Virus record (IMG/VR): IMGVR_UViG_3300013383_000031
Coordinates: 7,550-71,549 of that record
Direction: 5' to 3' (one strand)
Length of the DNA: 64,000 nt
Source: a virus
Taxonomy: Duplodnaviria > Caudoviricetes
The notes below the pieces were generated by a model. The model ran no database searches. It was not told where the DNA came from and worked only from the letters and a program-made list of their open reading frames with translations. The position numbers were made by a program, and so were the translations under genes. This document shows, piece after piece, positions 37,825-47,408 of the stretch (position 1 is the first letter of the stretch; each line of letters begins with the position of its first letter).

Positions 37825-39963
37825 ATTAATACCGACAATATTCGTACTGCTGAAGATTTAAACGACAGCATTATTGAAATTATCAAAGGTGACATTAAGG
37901 AGGCGGAGGATTACCAGACAGCTGTTATCATCCCTACTATGAAGGAACGATACCAGATTTACTTCGCCGATAAAGAATACTACAAAAAGATGTTCCCAAA
38001 ACTCAGTAAGACTTCCTCTGTAGTATCTACTGATGTCACCGATACTATTGAATGGGCGTTGCCATCTCTAATGAAAGTGTTCACTGGCGGTGATGATGTT
38101 ATTAGTATCACTGGTGTAGGTGCTGAGGACGACCATAACGCTCAGGTCATGCAAGACCTTATCTCTTTCCAGCTCCAAAGACAGAATCATTTCTTTCCTA
38201 TTCTTTACAACTGGATGAAAGACGCATTGATTACTGGACTTGGGGTGGTGAAATGTTATTGGGATAGAGAAGAAGGGTATGAACCTGTACAATGTATTCT
38301 TAATTTCCCTAGTCTTCGTGCTTTGATGGATACTGGTGTGCACATTGAGTCTATCTCCGACCCAGATAAGTACGGAGATTATACAGTTGTGTATGATTCC
38401 ACCTTCTATCTGAAGAACGCACCGAAGATTGAGAACATTCTTATCTCTGACTTCTTGTACTCTCCTGACGCAAAGACGTTGGATGAAGCTAATTTCGTGG
38501 CACACAAGAAGAGAGTTACCATGTCTTACCTTCGCAAGATGGAACAGCAAGGCGTGTATGCTAACGTAGATGAAGTTAAACCAGAACATTGGCACTCTCG
38601 ATACGGGCTTGATGAAGCCGATACAGAGATGGAAGAGGTACTTGGTGACCAGTATTACGGTTTCCACTCCGCCGCTGAAGAAGCTCGTGAGGAAGTAACA
38701 CTCTACGAATGCTACACTAAGATTGATATCAATGGTGATGGTATCCTTGAGGATATGATTATCACCATGTGTCAAGACCACATCCTTAGATGTGAACCAA
38801 ATTACATGGGTAGACATCCGTTCTTTGCCATCTCCCCTACACAAGACCCACACCGTATTTGGTCTAAACGTTCTTATGCAGAACTGGTGGGTGAAATTCA
38901 GAATCTGAAGGTGGCACTCATTCGCCAGATTATTCACAACCTTGCATTAACCAATGACCCTAAGATGATTCTTACTCCAGACGCTATCAATATTGATGAC
39001 TTCAATAAAGGTCGTGCGGTTATTCGTAAGAAACCTGGCTATCAGATGAATGATGTAGCTATGTCTATGCCAGTCAACCAGATTGCTCCTTATACTTTTA
39101 ACTTCCTTGAATGGACAGAAGGTCAGAAGGAACAGCGTACTGGTGTGACTAGATACAACCAAGGTCTTGACGCTTCTAGCTTGAACAAAACTGCTAGTGG
39201 TATCAACGCTATTATGAACGCCTCTAACCAGCGACTCGAGCTTATTGCTCGTATGTTTGCTGAAACTGGTGTTTATGAGTTGTATAGATTTCTTATATCG
39301 TTGAACCAGAAGTTTATTGACCAGAATACTGTTATTCGTTTAACAGGGGAACCTATGGAAATCAAACCTGATGACCTGTCTGGGTCTTTCGATTTGATTG
39401 TAAACGCTGGTCTCTCCATCCAGAGTAAGGAAGCAATGAATACCCAGCTTCAGACTTTGATGACTGCTATCATGCAGGTCAACGCAGCTGGTGTTGCAGT
39501 AGCAACCCCCCATAACATCTACAACATCGTGAAGCGTTGGATGGAAAACATGGGTATGAAGAACACTGGTGACTACATCACCGACCCGATTATTACACAG
39601 CAGAGAGCTATGCTTGAAGCACAAGTAATTCAGACTACACTTCAGACTCTCCCCCCTGATGTGGTAGCTTACTACTTCCAGTATGGCACACTTCCGATTC
39701 AGGTTCTGTACTCACTTCCCCCGTATGTACAGGTAGTATTCTTGAATCACACACTCCCTGCCATGGCTAATAACACTGGTCAGGGTGCAGTACCAACACA
39801 ACAGGCGTCTATGCCACAGGGTGCAGGTGGAGCAGTCACTTCTACAGTAAGACCTGGTAGTGACTCCCTCTCCCCCGATAAACAAATAGGGCAGCAGCCA
39901 TCCGATAATAGGGTTCCCAACGGAGCACCTGCTGAACCCACTAATGGAATAGGAGGTTATTAA
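37825..39963 (+). CDS. Portal protein (P22/podovirus-like), probable ATT start
   Basis: DVTDTIEWALPSLMKVF, DALITGLGVVKCYW, SGVTRYNQG-like, MFAETG. Frame is open 38 codons upstream of the ORF-track ATG with SD AAAGGAGGT 7 nt before ATT 37825. Confidence 0.9.
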   Translation: MNTDNIRTAEDLNDSIIEIIKGDIKEAEDYQTAVIIPTMKERYQIYFADKEYYKKMFPKLSKTSSVVSTDVTDTIEWALPSLMKVFTGGDDVISITGVGAEDDHNAQVMQDLISFQLQRQNHFFPILYNWMKDALITGLGVVKCYWDREEGYEPVQCILNFPSLRALMDTGVHIESISDPDKYGDYTVVYDSTFYLKNAPKIENILISDFLYSPDAKTLDEANFVAHKKRVTMSYLRKMEQQGVYANVDEVKPEHWHSRYGLDEADTEMEEVLGDQYYGFHSAAEEAREEVTLYECYTKIDINGDGILEDMIITMCQDHILRCEPNYMGRHPFFAISPTQDPHRIWSKRSYAELVGEIQNLKVALIRQIIHNLALTNDPKMILTPDAINIDDFNKGRAVIRKKPGYQMNDVAMSMPVNQIAPYTFNFLEWTEGQKEQRTGVTRYNQGLDASSLNKTASGINAIMNASNQRLELIARMFAETGVYELYRFLISLNQKFIDQNTVIRLTGEPMEIKPDDLSGSFDLIVNAGLSIQSKEAMNTQLQTLMTAIMQVNAAGVAVATPHNIYNIVKRWMENMGMKNTGDYITDPIITQQRAMLEAQVIQTTLQTLPPDVVAYYFQYGTLPIQVLYSLPPYVQVVFLNHTLPAMANNTGQGAVPTQQASMPQGAGGAVTSTVRPGSDSLSPDKQIGQQPSDNRVPNGAPAEPTNGIGGY

Positions 39964-40883
39964 TGGCAATTAACTACACCAGTTATATCCCTAGACAGGT
40001 GATTGACACTGGTATTCCACTCGACCAGGCACCAGACTTCTCCCGTCTTATGGATAGACAGGACTGGCGACTGAACGGAGATAATGGAATGAACAGATAT
40101 CAGTATCTGACTCCATCTGATTTCCGTTATTGGGCTTCTCAGAAGCAGGAAGGCGGTGACCCATCTCAAGACATTCAGAAAGAGAAACAGGGAGCTAGTG
40201 CTCCAAAATCTGAACTTGAGCAGGAACGTGAACGTCTACGTGCTAAATTCCAGGCACCTCTCCACGACGAGAATAATGCTTGGGTACAGTCCGCTAATCG
40301 TGGTCGTAAGGCTATTGATAGTGGAAACGAATTAAAACCAACTCCTCAAGTATTTTCTAAGGATTTTGCTACCCGTACGCTACCGTCTGGGTCGGCTAAT
40401 GCACCAATTAACTATGATACACTTGGTGATGACATTAACGAAAAAGGTATCCAGCTTATGCGTGATACTGGTACTTGGTCTGAGGATGAACTGAAAGACC
40501 CAAGTAAGATTAACATGAACTGGGGTATGCACCAAGCACTCGACGCAGCTGGTGGTATCCGTCACACTCAGGCAGAATATGAAGCGGAACAGGAACGCAA
40601 ACGCCGTGAATATTTGGCTGCTATGATGAGAGACTATGGTGGTGCCGCTGGCGACGCTATCTCTCTTGGCATTCCTGCCGACGACAACTCTGCAAACAAT
40701 AGTAATGTTGGTTCGTGGGGTAATAGTGTGGCGGATTACTACAACATGGATAATGCTTATCCAGCACCGTCCTATCAGGATTACAGTAATCAGGTGCCTG
40801 ATAACTATAGTCAAATTAATTATCATTCCCCTTACGACAGTGCATATATCGGAGGATGGGCTGCACGTGACCGTAGAAAGTAA
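39963..40883 (+). CDS. Hypothetical protein between portal and scaffold
   Basis: 306 aa, coupled TAATG start, SD AGGAGG. Confidence 0.7.
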   Translation: MAINYTSYIPRQVIDTGIPLDQAPDFSRLMDRQDWRLNGDNGMNRYQYLTPSDFRYWASQKQEGGDPSQDIQKEKQGASAPKSELEQERERLRAKFQAPLHDENNAWVQSANRGRKAIDSGNELKPTPQVFSKDFATRTLPSGSANAPINYDTLGDDINEKGIQLMRDTGTWSEDELKDPSKINMNWGMHQALDAAGGIRHTQAEYEAEQERKRREYLAAMMRDYGGAAGDAISLGIPADDNSANNSNVGSWGNSVADYYNMDNAYPAPSYQDYSNQVPDNYSQINYHSPYDSAYIGGWAARDRRK

Positions 40884-40902
40884 TTTCTTATAACATTGAG
40901 AT

Positions 40903-40977
40903 ACGGGTTTAGCTAAGTGGTTAAGGCAACGGACTTTGACTCCGTTATCGTTGGTTCGATTCCAACAACCCGTGCCA
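40903..40977 (+). tRNA. trnQ: tRNA-Gln (TTG), CCA encoded
   Basis: ACGGGTT/AACCCGT acceptor stem, ACGGA-CTTTGAC-TCCGT anticodon arm, GGTTCGATTCC T-arm, G73-CCA. Confidence 0.95.
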
Positions 40978-41094
40978 GTTTATTCTCGTCAAGACCGTGT
41001 GAAACCTCGTTGAATAACGAATAAATTTCACACGGTTTATGACGTTGTATATTTTATTGCACCAACCTTTACGGAGTGCAAAAAGGAGGACTTT

Positions 41095-42192
41095 ATGGAA
41101 GATTTACAGAACGGAGTACCAGCACCACAGGACGTACAGAACGTACCACAGGACGCAACACCTGCACCGCAGCCTGCACCTGAAGGTAACCCTGACGACC
41201 AGCCGATGTTTGGTATTGACGCAGATGGTAACATTAGTTTCTCTGACGCTTTCTTCGGAGGCGGAGATGAACCTACTGATGAACCACCTGATGTCCCAGA
41301 ACCGCCACAGCCCGAGCCACAGCCACAACCTGAACCACAGCCGAACGACATGCAGACTGTTCGTGTAGACGGACAGGACGTACAGGTGTCTATGGATGAA
41401 ATGCGGAATGGTTATATGCGTCAGGCAGATTACACTCGAAAGACACAGGAACTCGCACAGCAGCGTCAACAGCTCGAACAGCAGCGACAGATGTTAATGC
41501 AGCAGATGGCGAACAACCCTCAGTCTCAGATGAACCAGCCTCAGCAGCCGCAGATGACTCCCGACCAGGTGCAGCAGAAGGCTTTGGCAGACCAGAGAGC
41601 ATACCTTGACCAGGTTGATTCTTATTGCAAAGACCGAGTTAAGCAAATCTTTGGTGAAGATTTCGATGAATACAATAGCAAACATATGGCAGCATATGTT
41701 AATGAAGTTGGTAATGTTAAAGCTGCAACCCTACAGAGGGTAAATGAAATGAAACAGCAGGAAGCTGATAAAGCGGCTGCCGCACAGCGTATTGAATCTG
41801 TAGCGGCTAAGTATAGACAAGACCCAAACTTCGACGCTATTAATCAGCTCGCATTGAATAGTTTGCAGAACCTTCCGTACAAGATGTACGTCGAAGTACA
41901 AGACGCACTGAAAAATGGTAACGCACAGGTTCTTGATAACTACATGCAAGCTGTATCTAATATGTACTATAATCGTGGCAATCAGCCACAGCAGGCTCCG
42001 CAGCCAGTACCACAGCCTGCACCAAGACAAGTACCACAATCTCAGGTACGTCCACCATACGTAGAACCGACCAATAATCGAGGAACAATCCAGCAGGCGG
42101 CTCCACAGATGGACTATCGGGCTCTTGGTCAAATGACCAATGACCAGCAGGCTGCATATGTATCTAGGTTTGCGAAAGAGCTTGGCGTATAA
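41095..42192 (+). CDS. Capsid scaffolding protein
   Basis: P/Q/E-rich N-terminus; VRVDGQDVQVSMDEMRNGYMRQADYTRKTQELA; directly upstream of the MCP. Confidence 0.9.
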   Translation: MEDLQNGVPAPQDVQNVPQDATPAPQPAPEGNPDDQPMFGIDADGNISFSDAFFGGGDEPTDEPPDVPEPPQPEPQPQPEPQPNDMQTVRVDGQDVQVSMDEMRNGYMRQADYTRKTQELAQQRQQLEQQRQMLMQQMANNPQSQMNQPQQPQMTPDQVQQKALADQRAYLDQVDSYCKDRVKQIFGEDFDEYNSKHMAAYVNEVGNVKAATLQRVNEMKQQEADKAAAAQRIESVAAKYRQDPNFDAINQLALNSLQNLPYKMYVEVQDALKNGNAQVLDNYMQAVSNMYYNRGNQPQQAPQPVPQPAPRQVPQSQVRPPYVEPTNNRGTIQQAAPQMDYRALGQMTNDQQAAYVSRFAKELGV

Positions 42193-42214
42193 CTGAAAGA
42201 GAGGTTAATAACAC

Positions 42215-43507
42215 ATGCCAGTAGGTATGCCAGCTACAGGGGCTGGTGCTCCGCATAATAGCGGTTCCGCCCTTCGCTCTTATAACGTCGTTGGTACTAT
42301 TCGTGATATGTCCGATTTTATTACCAACCTCGACCCAGATAAAACCAAACTGACTCAAATGTTTGGTAAAACCCAGGTAGTCTCCACTAAACACGAATGG
42401 TTGAGAGACTCCCTCCGTCCAGCAATGGTCAACAAACATCCTGAAGTTATCAACTTCGATACCACGGAAACTGTACCGAGACGCTGGATGTACAACACTG
42501 TGCAACAGTTCATGCATGGTTACAACATCAGTGATATCACCCAGGCCATCAAAAAGTATGGCGTACGTGATGAAATTGCGTACCAGTTCGTTAAAGCTGG
42601 TAAAGAAATTGCAGGTGACTTGGAATATGCTATCGTAAACAACGATACCGCAACTCCAATGTCCGAAAACGTAGCAGGTACTTTCGGTGGTATTCCTTAC
42701 TTTTTGGAAGCCGCTTTGACTGGTGCTACTGTTGCTGCAGGTACCTTTACTTTGAACGACCACGGTTTTGTAAACGGTGACGCACTCATCGTTCGTGGTG
42801 GTGCAAAGTGTGCAGAAAACACTGCATACTATGTAGCGGTTAAAGACGCTAATACCTTCTACCTCTACGACACTCCTGAAGGAGCTATGAACTCCGTGAA
42901 ATATGACGCTAACGGTCATGGCGTGTCTAATGGTGAAGGTAAGATTGAAGAAACCAAAATGACTGGTCTGACCTTCCAGAACTGCATTGACGCAGCTAAA
43001 GATGTGGCTAAAGGTAACTTGACCTTTGACCTTCTGAATGACGCTATGCAGCTCACTTGGCAGCGTGGTGGTGACCCGTCTGTTGCAATCATGTCTGCAA
43101 AGAATAAACGTGGATGTGCAGACTTTACTCAGGGTGCTTTGCCGATTCGTCAGGCAGATGACAAACGTATTTCCACTTCCTTGGAAATCATCGAAACTGA
43201 CTTCGGTACTCTGCGTTTGGAAGCTCACCGTATGTACAAAGATAGCGTAGTCGACTTGCTCGACCCACAGTACTGGAAACTTGGCTATCTGATTCCGTTC
43301 CACACCGAAGAACCACCGAGAGTTGGTACTTATAAGGAAAAGGTAATCACTGGTGTTGCTTCTATCGAATGTACTGCACCGAACGCTAATGCTCGTATTA
43401 TTAATCTGACTGGTAAGGTTAATCCGAAACCTGTCGTTGTTGAAACTATTACCGCATCTACTACTACTGGTGGTTCTACTTCTGGTGGTTCTGGCAGTAC
43501 GCCGTAA
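42215..43507 (+). CDS. Major capsid protein with internal beta-rich insertion
   Basis: HEWLRDSL, NTVQQF, KEIAGDLEYA, GGIPYF, LLNDAMQLTWQRGG, ETDFG pattern (SU10/DUF5309-like HK97-fold MCP). Confidence 0.9.
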   Translation: MPVGMPATGAGAPHNSGSALRSYNVVGTIRDMSDFITNLDPDKTKLTQMFGKTQVVSTKHEWLRDSLRPAMVNKHPEVINFDTTETVPRRWMYNTVQQFMHGYNISDITQAIKKYGVRDEIAYQFVKAGKEIAGDLEYAIVNNDTATPMSENVAGTFGGIPYFLEAALTGATVAAGTFTLNDHGFVNGDALIVRGGAKCAENTAYYVAVKDANTFYLYDTPEGAMNSVKYDANGHGVSNGEGKIEETKMTGLTFQNCIDAAKDVAKGNLTFDLLNDAMQLTWQRGGDPSVAIMSAKNKRGCADFTQGALPIRQADDKRISTSLEIIETDFGTLRLEAHRMYKDSVVDLLDPQYWKLGYLIPFHTEEPPRVGTYKEKVITGVASIECTAPNANARIINLTGKVNPKPVVVETITASTTTGGSTSGGSGSTP

Positions 43508-43527
43508 TTGTTGTTTGGTGAAAATTG

Positions 43528-43553
43528 GGGGGAGCTATGGCTCCCCCTTTTTT
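43528..43553 (+). terminator. Intrinsic terminator after MCP
   Basis: GGGGGAGC-TATG-GCTCCCCC-TTTTTT. Confidence 0.9.
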
Positions 43554-43572
43554 CTTATATAGGAGGAATATT

Positions 43573-43884
43573 ATGAGTAATAACATTGTTAGACAGGATG
43601 TAGAAGTTGATAAACATGGTAACTGGTCGCTGACAAATGTTTGGGATCCAACAGAGATCATGCGTTCTTGTTACGAAGATAAGAAGCGTGACCCGTATCT
43701 TGGTAAACACAAAGGCGGTAGACGGCTTGGACGTATCCCGTATGAATGTTGGAACGACCCTACCGAGATTACACTCCAGTGTGCCAAGGAGGCTATGGCT
43801 TGTGGTGACCATGAATCATTCAACAAATACATTAAACAATGGCTCAAAGATAATCCTGAGTTTATGACTGTTGACCATTTGTAA
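43573..43884 (+). CDS. Conserved head-associated hypothetical protein
   Basis: Start MSNN with SD AGGAGG; GRIP...KQWLKDNPEF pattern. Confidence 0.65.
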   Translation: MSNNIVRQDVEVDKHGNWSLTNVWDPTEIMRSCYEDKKRDPYLGKHKGGRRLGRIPYECWNDPTEITLQCAKEAMACGDHESFNKYIKQWLKDNPEFMTVDHL

Positions 43885-43893
43885 GGAGGTATC

Positions 43894-44427
43894 ATGGAAT
43901 ATATTCGTGCAAGAAGATTGTCCAACGATATCCTCATGGGATTGAATGAATTGTATAATCGAGTACACTCGGATGAAGAGTTAGTTACTGCGATTAACCA
44001 CGTTGTGACATACGTGAATCTTGAACTTGTACGTCTTGATTCCCCTTATGTCAAGAAGGAAATTCCTGTAAAGGCACGTAAGTATGGTGTCGAATTGCCA
44101 GATGATTACATCAACTTCTGCGGCTGGTTGTCCGACGAGGAACTACCAGAGGACGAGAAGAAGAAAATCAAATGGCATTTACGTGGCACTAAGATTTATA
44201 CTGACACAGATGACACCATGATTTACTACAGGCACGTTCCTTTGATTCATCATCTCGATGAGATTATTGAACTACCGTATTTCTTCTATCTTCTCTTGGT
44301 GCGTTTGGTGATTGGCTACATCAAGGGTTCTATTACCGATGATGATATTGCTACAGCAGTAGCTAGCGAAACAAGTAACCAAGCAACTAACCTAGAGATT
44401 ACTAGAGAACTTCCGTTCTATTTGTGA
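43894..44427 (+). CDS. Head-tail adaptor/ring protein, paralog 1
   Basis: SDEEL...IN...V...EL...VKKE...VELPDDY. Confidence 0.65.
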   Translation: MEYIRARRLSNDILMGLNELYNRVHSDEELVTAINHVVTYVNLELVRLDSPYVKKEIPVKARKYGVELPDDYINFCGWLSDEELPEDEKKKIKWHLRGTKIYTDTDDTMIYYRHVPLIHHLDEIIELPYFFYLLLVRLVIGYIKGSITDDDIATAVASETSNQATNLEITRELPFYL

Positions 44428-44440
44428 AAGGGGTGATTGA

Positions 44441-44890
44441 ATGACAGTAAACCAATTACTGATTAAGGTACGTCAGAAACTTAACGACATGGGTAAGCTC
44501 AAGTATTCTGACGAAGAGCTTATCTATTGCCTTAATAATGCTATTGATACAGTATCGTTGGAGTTGGCAGACAATAAGACTCCAGAGTTCGTGAAGGAGT
44601 TTCAACTGTCCGCTGGTGAATCTGTAGAACGGCCAGATGATTTCATTGAGTTTGTTGGTCAGTACCCTATCGCTTTCACAGAAGATGAAGATAAGGTAGT
44701 GATGGAATTACTCGACCAAGAGTATCCTTGTCCTATGATTGTGAGATATTTTGCTTTACGTCCAAAGGTTCGGACGCTGGAAGATAAAGTTCCGTTCTAT
44801 CGTGAATGGCAGCTCAACCGTCTGATTAAGAACACTGTACTTGAGGCAGACCCAATGCAAGGACAGACAGAACAGGGGGCTGGTAGCTAA
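44441..44890 (+). CDS. Head-tail adaptor/ring protein, paralog 2
   Basis: YSDEELIYCLNNAID...FVKEF...VERPDDF. Confidence 0.65.
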   Translation: MTVNQLLIKVRQKLNDMGKLKYSDEELIYCLNNAIDTVSLELADNKTPEFVKEFQLSAGESVERPDDFIEFVGQYPIAFTEDEDKVVMELLDQEYPCPMIVRYFALRPKVRTLEDKVPFYREWQLNRLIKNTVLEADPMQGQTEQGAGS

Positions 44891-45426
44891 TGGCAGATAA
44901 TCCAGGATTACCTACAGATACCACAAACCCGGCTACTACGTTTACTCGTATGACTGGCGAGCAGTTCCTTGACCGTTATGCTATTCGTCAACGTATCTCT
45001 GACGCTATCGAAACAGGATACACTGATGATGAATTATTAGCCTATATTAACGACGCAATTAACATGGTATGGAATGTTATGATTCAAATGGATTATGATG
45101 AAATTGCTGGTTATTTAACGATGAATGAACGCAAAATAGAGATTCCTAAAGATTATTGGATGCCTACAGGTAAGCCGCCAGTACAGAGATACGACCACAT
45201 GTTATATTGCTACGGTGACTTACCCTGTTCTTTTAGATACTGGATGAGGCCTAAGTTTCTTTCTACGCTACAGGATACTTTACCGCAAGGCACCAGTTGG
45301 TTCAACACTGCGTTACTTAATCTTGTGGCACAGATGGTAGTCACACTTGCTATGCAGAACCACGGTTTTGACATGGGTTCTGAGATGGACTTCACAACCA
45401 GTATTGCTAAATTACTTCCGAAATGA
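44890..45426 (+). CDS. Head-tail adaptor/ring protein, paralog 3
   Basis: YTDDELLAYINDAIN...IEIPKDY. Confidence 0.65.
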   Translation: MADNPGLPTDTTNPATTFTRMTGEQFLDRYAIRQRISDAIETGYTDDELLAYINDAINMVWNVMIQMDYDEIAGYLTMNERKIEIPKDYWMPTGKPPVQRYDHMLYCYGDLPCSFRYWMRPKFLSTLQDTLPQGTSWFNTALLNLVAQMVVTLAMQNHGFDMGSEMDFTTSIAKLLPK

Positions 45427-45435
45427 GGTGGATAG

Positions 45436-47400
45436 ATGGCTACAGATTTTAACACACAGGCGGCTAAACTAGTAGCCGCTATTCCTACAGACTCTCAGGG
45501 TGATGGTCGTAAGTTTGCTGACGCAGTTCGGAAATCTTTAAACTATATCGCCACGTACGCTGGAACGGGTAGCGGTTCTGGTGGCGGTGGAGAAGGAACT
45601 GTTACAACTATTAGTAACCAGCTTTCTAATGTTAAGATGACGTATAAGAAATCTGGTGACTATTATAACTTAATCATCACATGGGAGACTGGTGATTTTA
45701 ATGAAGCTCGTGTGTATAGTTACGCCTTGCTTAATCTTCAACAGTCACCGCAAAAGGGTGACACTTCTGTCAACTGGAATCAGGTAGGCTCTCGTATTTA
45801 TCAGTCCAAGAAAGGTGAACTCACTGCTACGATTAGTAATGTGTTACCTGGATATAGATACAGAGTAACAGCTATCGGTGTTACTGATGACGGCAAACGT
45901 TCTGAAGAAGATAAGGCACCTAGTGCTCAAGTCTTCATTCCTGTGCAGGTACGGGATACAACACCACCAGCTTCTTTAACAACTACAGCTACTGCGAAAG
46001 GATTATTAATTGAATGGACACAGAAGTCTGACGCTTTCTATACCTTCACAGAATTGAGAGACGGTAACAACGACTTTGGCACTGACGATGGATTACTCAC
46101 ACGTTCTCGTGGTCAGTCTTTTATGTACATCCCTAAAGAGCGTAATGGTACTATTTACGCCGCTAACTTTGGTATTAGTGGTAAATACTCTACCTCGCTT
46201 AATTCTAACTACTCTTTCCCACAGTTAACGACGCCAGAAACTCCTACGGTTACGGTTGATAAAAACGATAACGAAGACCAATATAAAATTACAGTTGACT
46301 TCAAAGCACCTGCCTATGGACTTGGGACAAACGTGTATATTAACAATGTTAAGTTTACAGTTGACTACACGCAGCATACTTTCGTGTATTACACAACCAA
46401 GGAACATGATGTTATTAGTCTTACATACTTCGATTGCATAGGAGAGTCTAATCATTCTACTTCTGTTACAGTTGATGTAAGCAACCCAAGACATTCTGAT
46501 TTGAACACCTTTATTGATGTCCACAGTAATAACATTACTGGTAACAATGCCGATATGAATATCATCAACGCTAAGAAACTTACGAGTAATACAATTACTG
46601 TAGATACCCTGAAAATTGATGACACTATCGAGGCTGACGCAGTTAAGGCAAATACCATCAACGCAGATGACCTTAGTGCTAATAAAGGTGCTATCCTTGA
46701 TTTGACTGCTAATACTGTGAACGCTATCGACGCTACACTAGGTAATGCTGATATTAGTACTCTTACTTACATGACCATGACGCCAACTGACGGTGCTGAT
46801 GGTATGATTACGGCTAACCGTATTATTAGTAATGGTACTATCAGTACCACTGGAGAAGTAGACGCAAATAAGATTGTGTTCACCGTGAACAATAGTACTA
46901 CAGAAGACCCAAGTATCGGCAAAGAAACATGGCAGAACAGTGGTAAAGAAGATTATGGTCTGGTGCTTAGAGGTAAGACTACTTACTTCAATGGAGTCGG
47001 TAAGGGTAATAAGGCTTGGATTAATAACGAAACTGGTGACGCTAGTTTTAGCGGTGGTATGACAATTGCTGGTGACCTAAATGTCACAGGTACAGTATAT
47101 GGCGAAGGTGGTTTAGGCTCGCCATATTCCAATAACGGTTATACTCCAATCGTATCCTACGGTACATCAAAAGGTGGCGACGTAATAGGGAATTCTCCAT
47201 ATATTTCTACTGGCAGAGATAGTGGGTCTGGTACTAAACCTGAGTATGGTGCTGTGTTTGAACCAATGTTTCAGAATGGCACATACGCACTAGCTGACAT
47301 AATTAACACACTATTAAAACACTCGGTTAAAGTAACTAATAAACAAGTGGGTACTTCGTGGCAATGTAATTGTGATTGTAACTGTAACTGCGATTGTTGA
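45436..47400 (+). CDS. Tail/spike protein with FN3-like domains, beta-repeat stalk and C-terminal CNCDCNCNCDC motif
   Basis: LPGYRYRVTAIGV (FN3-like), I/L-x-A/D beta-repeats, six Cys in the last 11 residues versus one Cys elsewhere. Confidence 0.7.
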   Translation: MATDFNTQAAKLVAAIPTDSQGDGRKFADAVRKSLNYIATYAGTGSGSGGGGEGTVTTISNQLSNVKMTYKKSGDYYNLIITWETGDFNEARVYSYALLNLQQSPQKGDTSVNWNQVGSRIYQSKKGELTATISNVLPGYRYRVTAIGVTDDGKRSEEDKAPSAQVFIPVQVRDTTPPASLTTTATAKGLLIEWTQKSDAFYTFTELRDGNNDFGTDDGLLTRSRGQSFMYIPKERNGTIYAANFGISGKYSTSLNSNYSFPQLTTPETPTVTVDKNDNEDQYKITVDFKAPAYGLGTNVYINNVKFTVDYTQHTFVYYTTKEHDVISLTYFDCIGESNHSTSVTVDVSNPRHSDLNTFIDVHSNNITGNNADMNIINAKKLTSNTITVDTLKIDDTIEADAVKANTINADDLSANKGAILDLTANTVNAIDATLGNADISTLTYMTMTPTDGADGMITANRIISNGTISTTGEVDANKIVFTVNNSTTEDPSIGKETWQNSGKEDYGLVLRGKTTYFNGVGKGNKAWINNETGDASFSGGMTIAGDLNVTGTVYGEGGLGSPYSNNGYTPIVSYGTSKGGDVIGNSPYISTGRDSGSGTKPEYGAVFEPMFQNGTYALADIINTLLKHSVKVTNKQVGTSWQCNCDCNCNCDC

Positions 47401-47408
47401 GGTGAGAC

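Noticed and set aside
40978-41050. Theta/HDV-like ribozyme after tRNA-Gln
   Set aside because: P1/P2-like pairings exist, but there is no P1.1, P4 or J4/2 catalytic C between them.
43440-43560. Programmed frameshift extending the capsid protein after the GGSTSGGSGS linker
   Set aside because: A strong intrinsic terminator follows within about 20 nt and no Ig-like alternative frame is evident.
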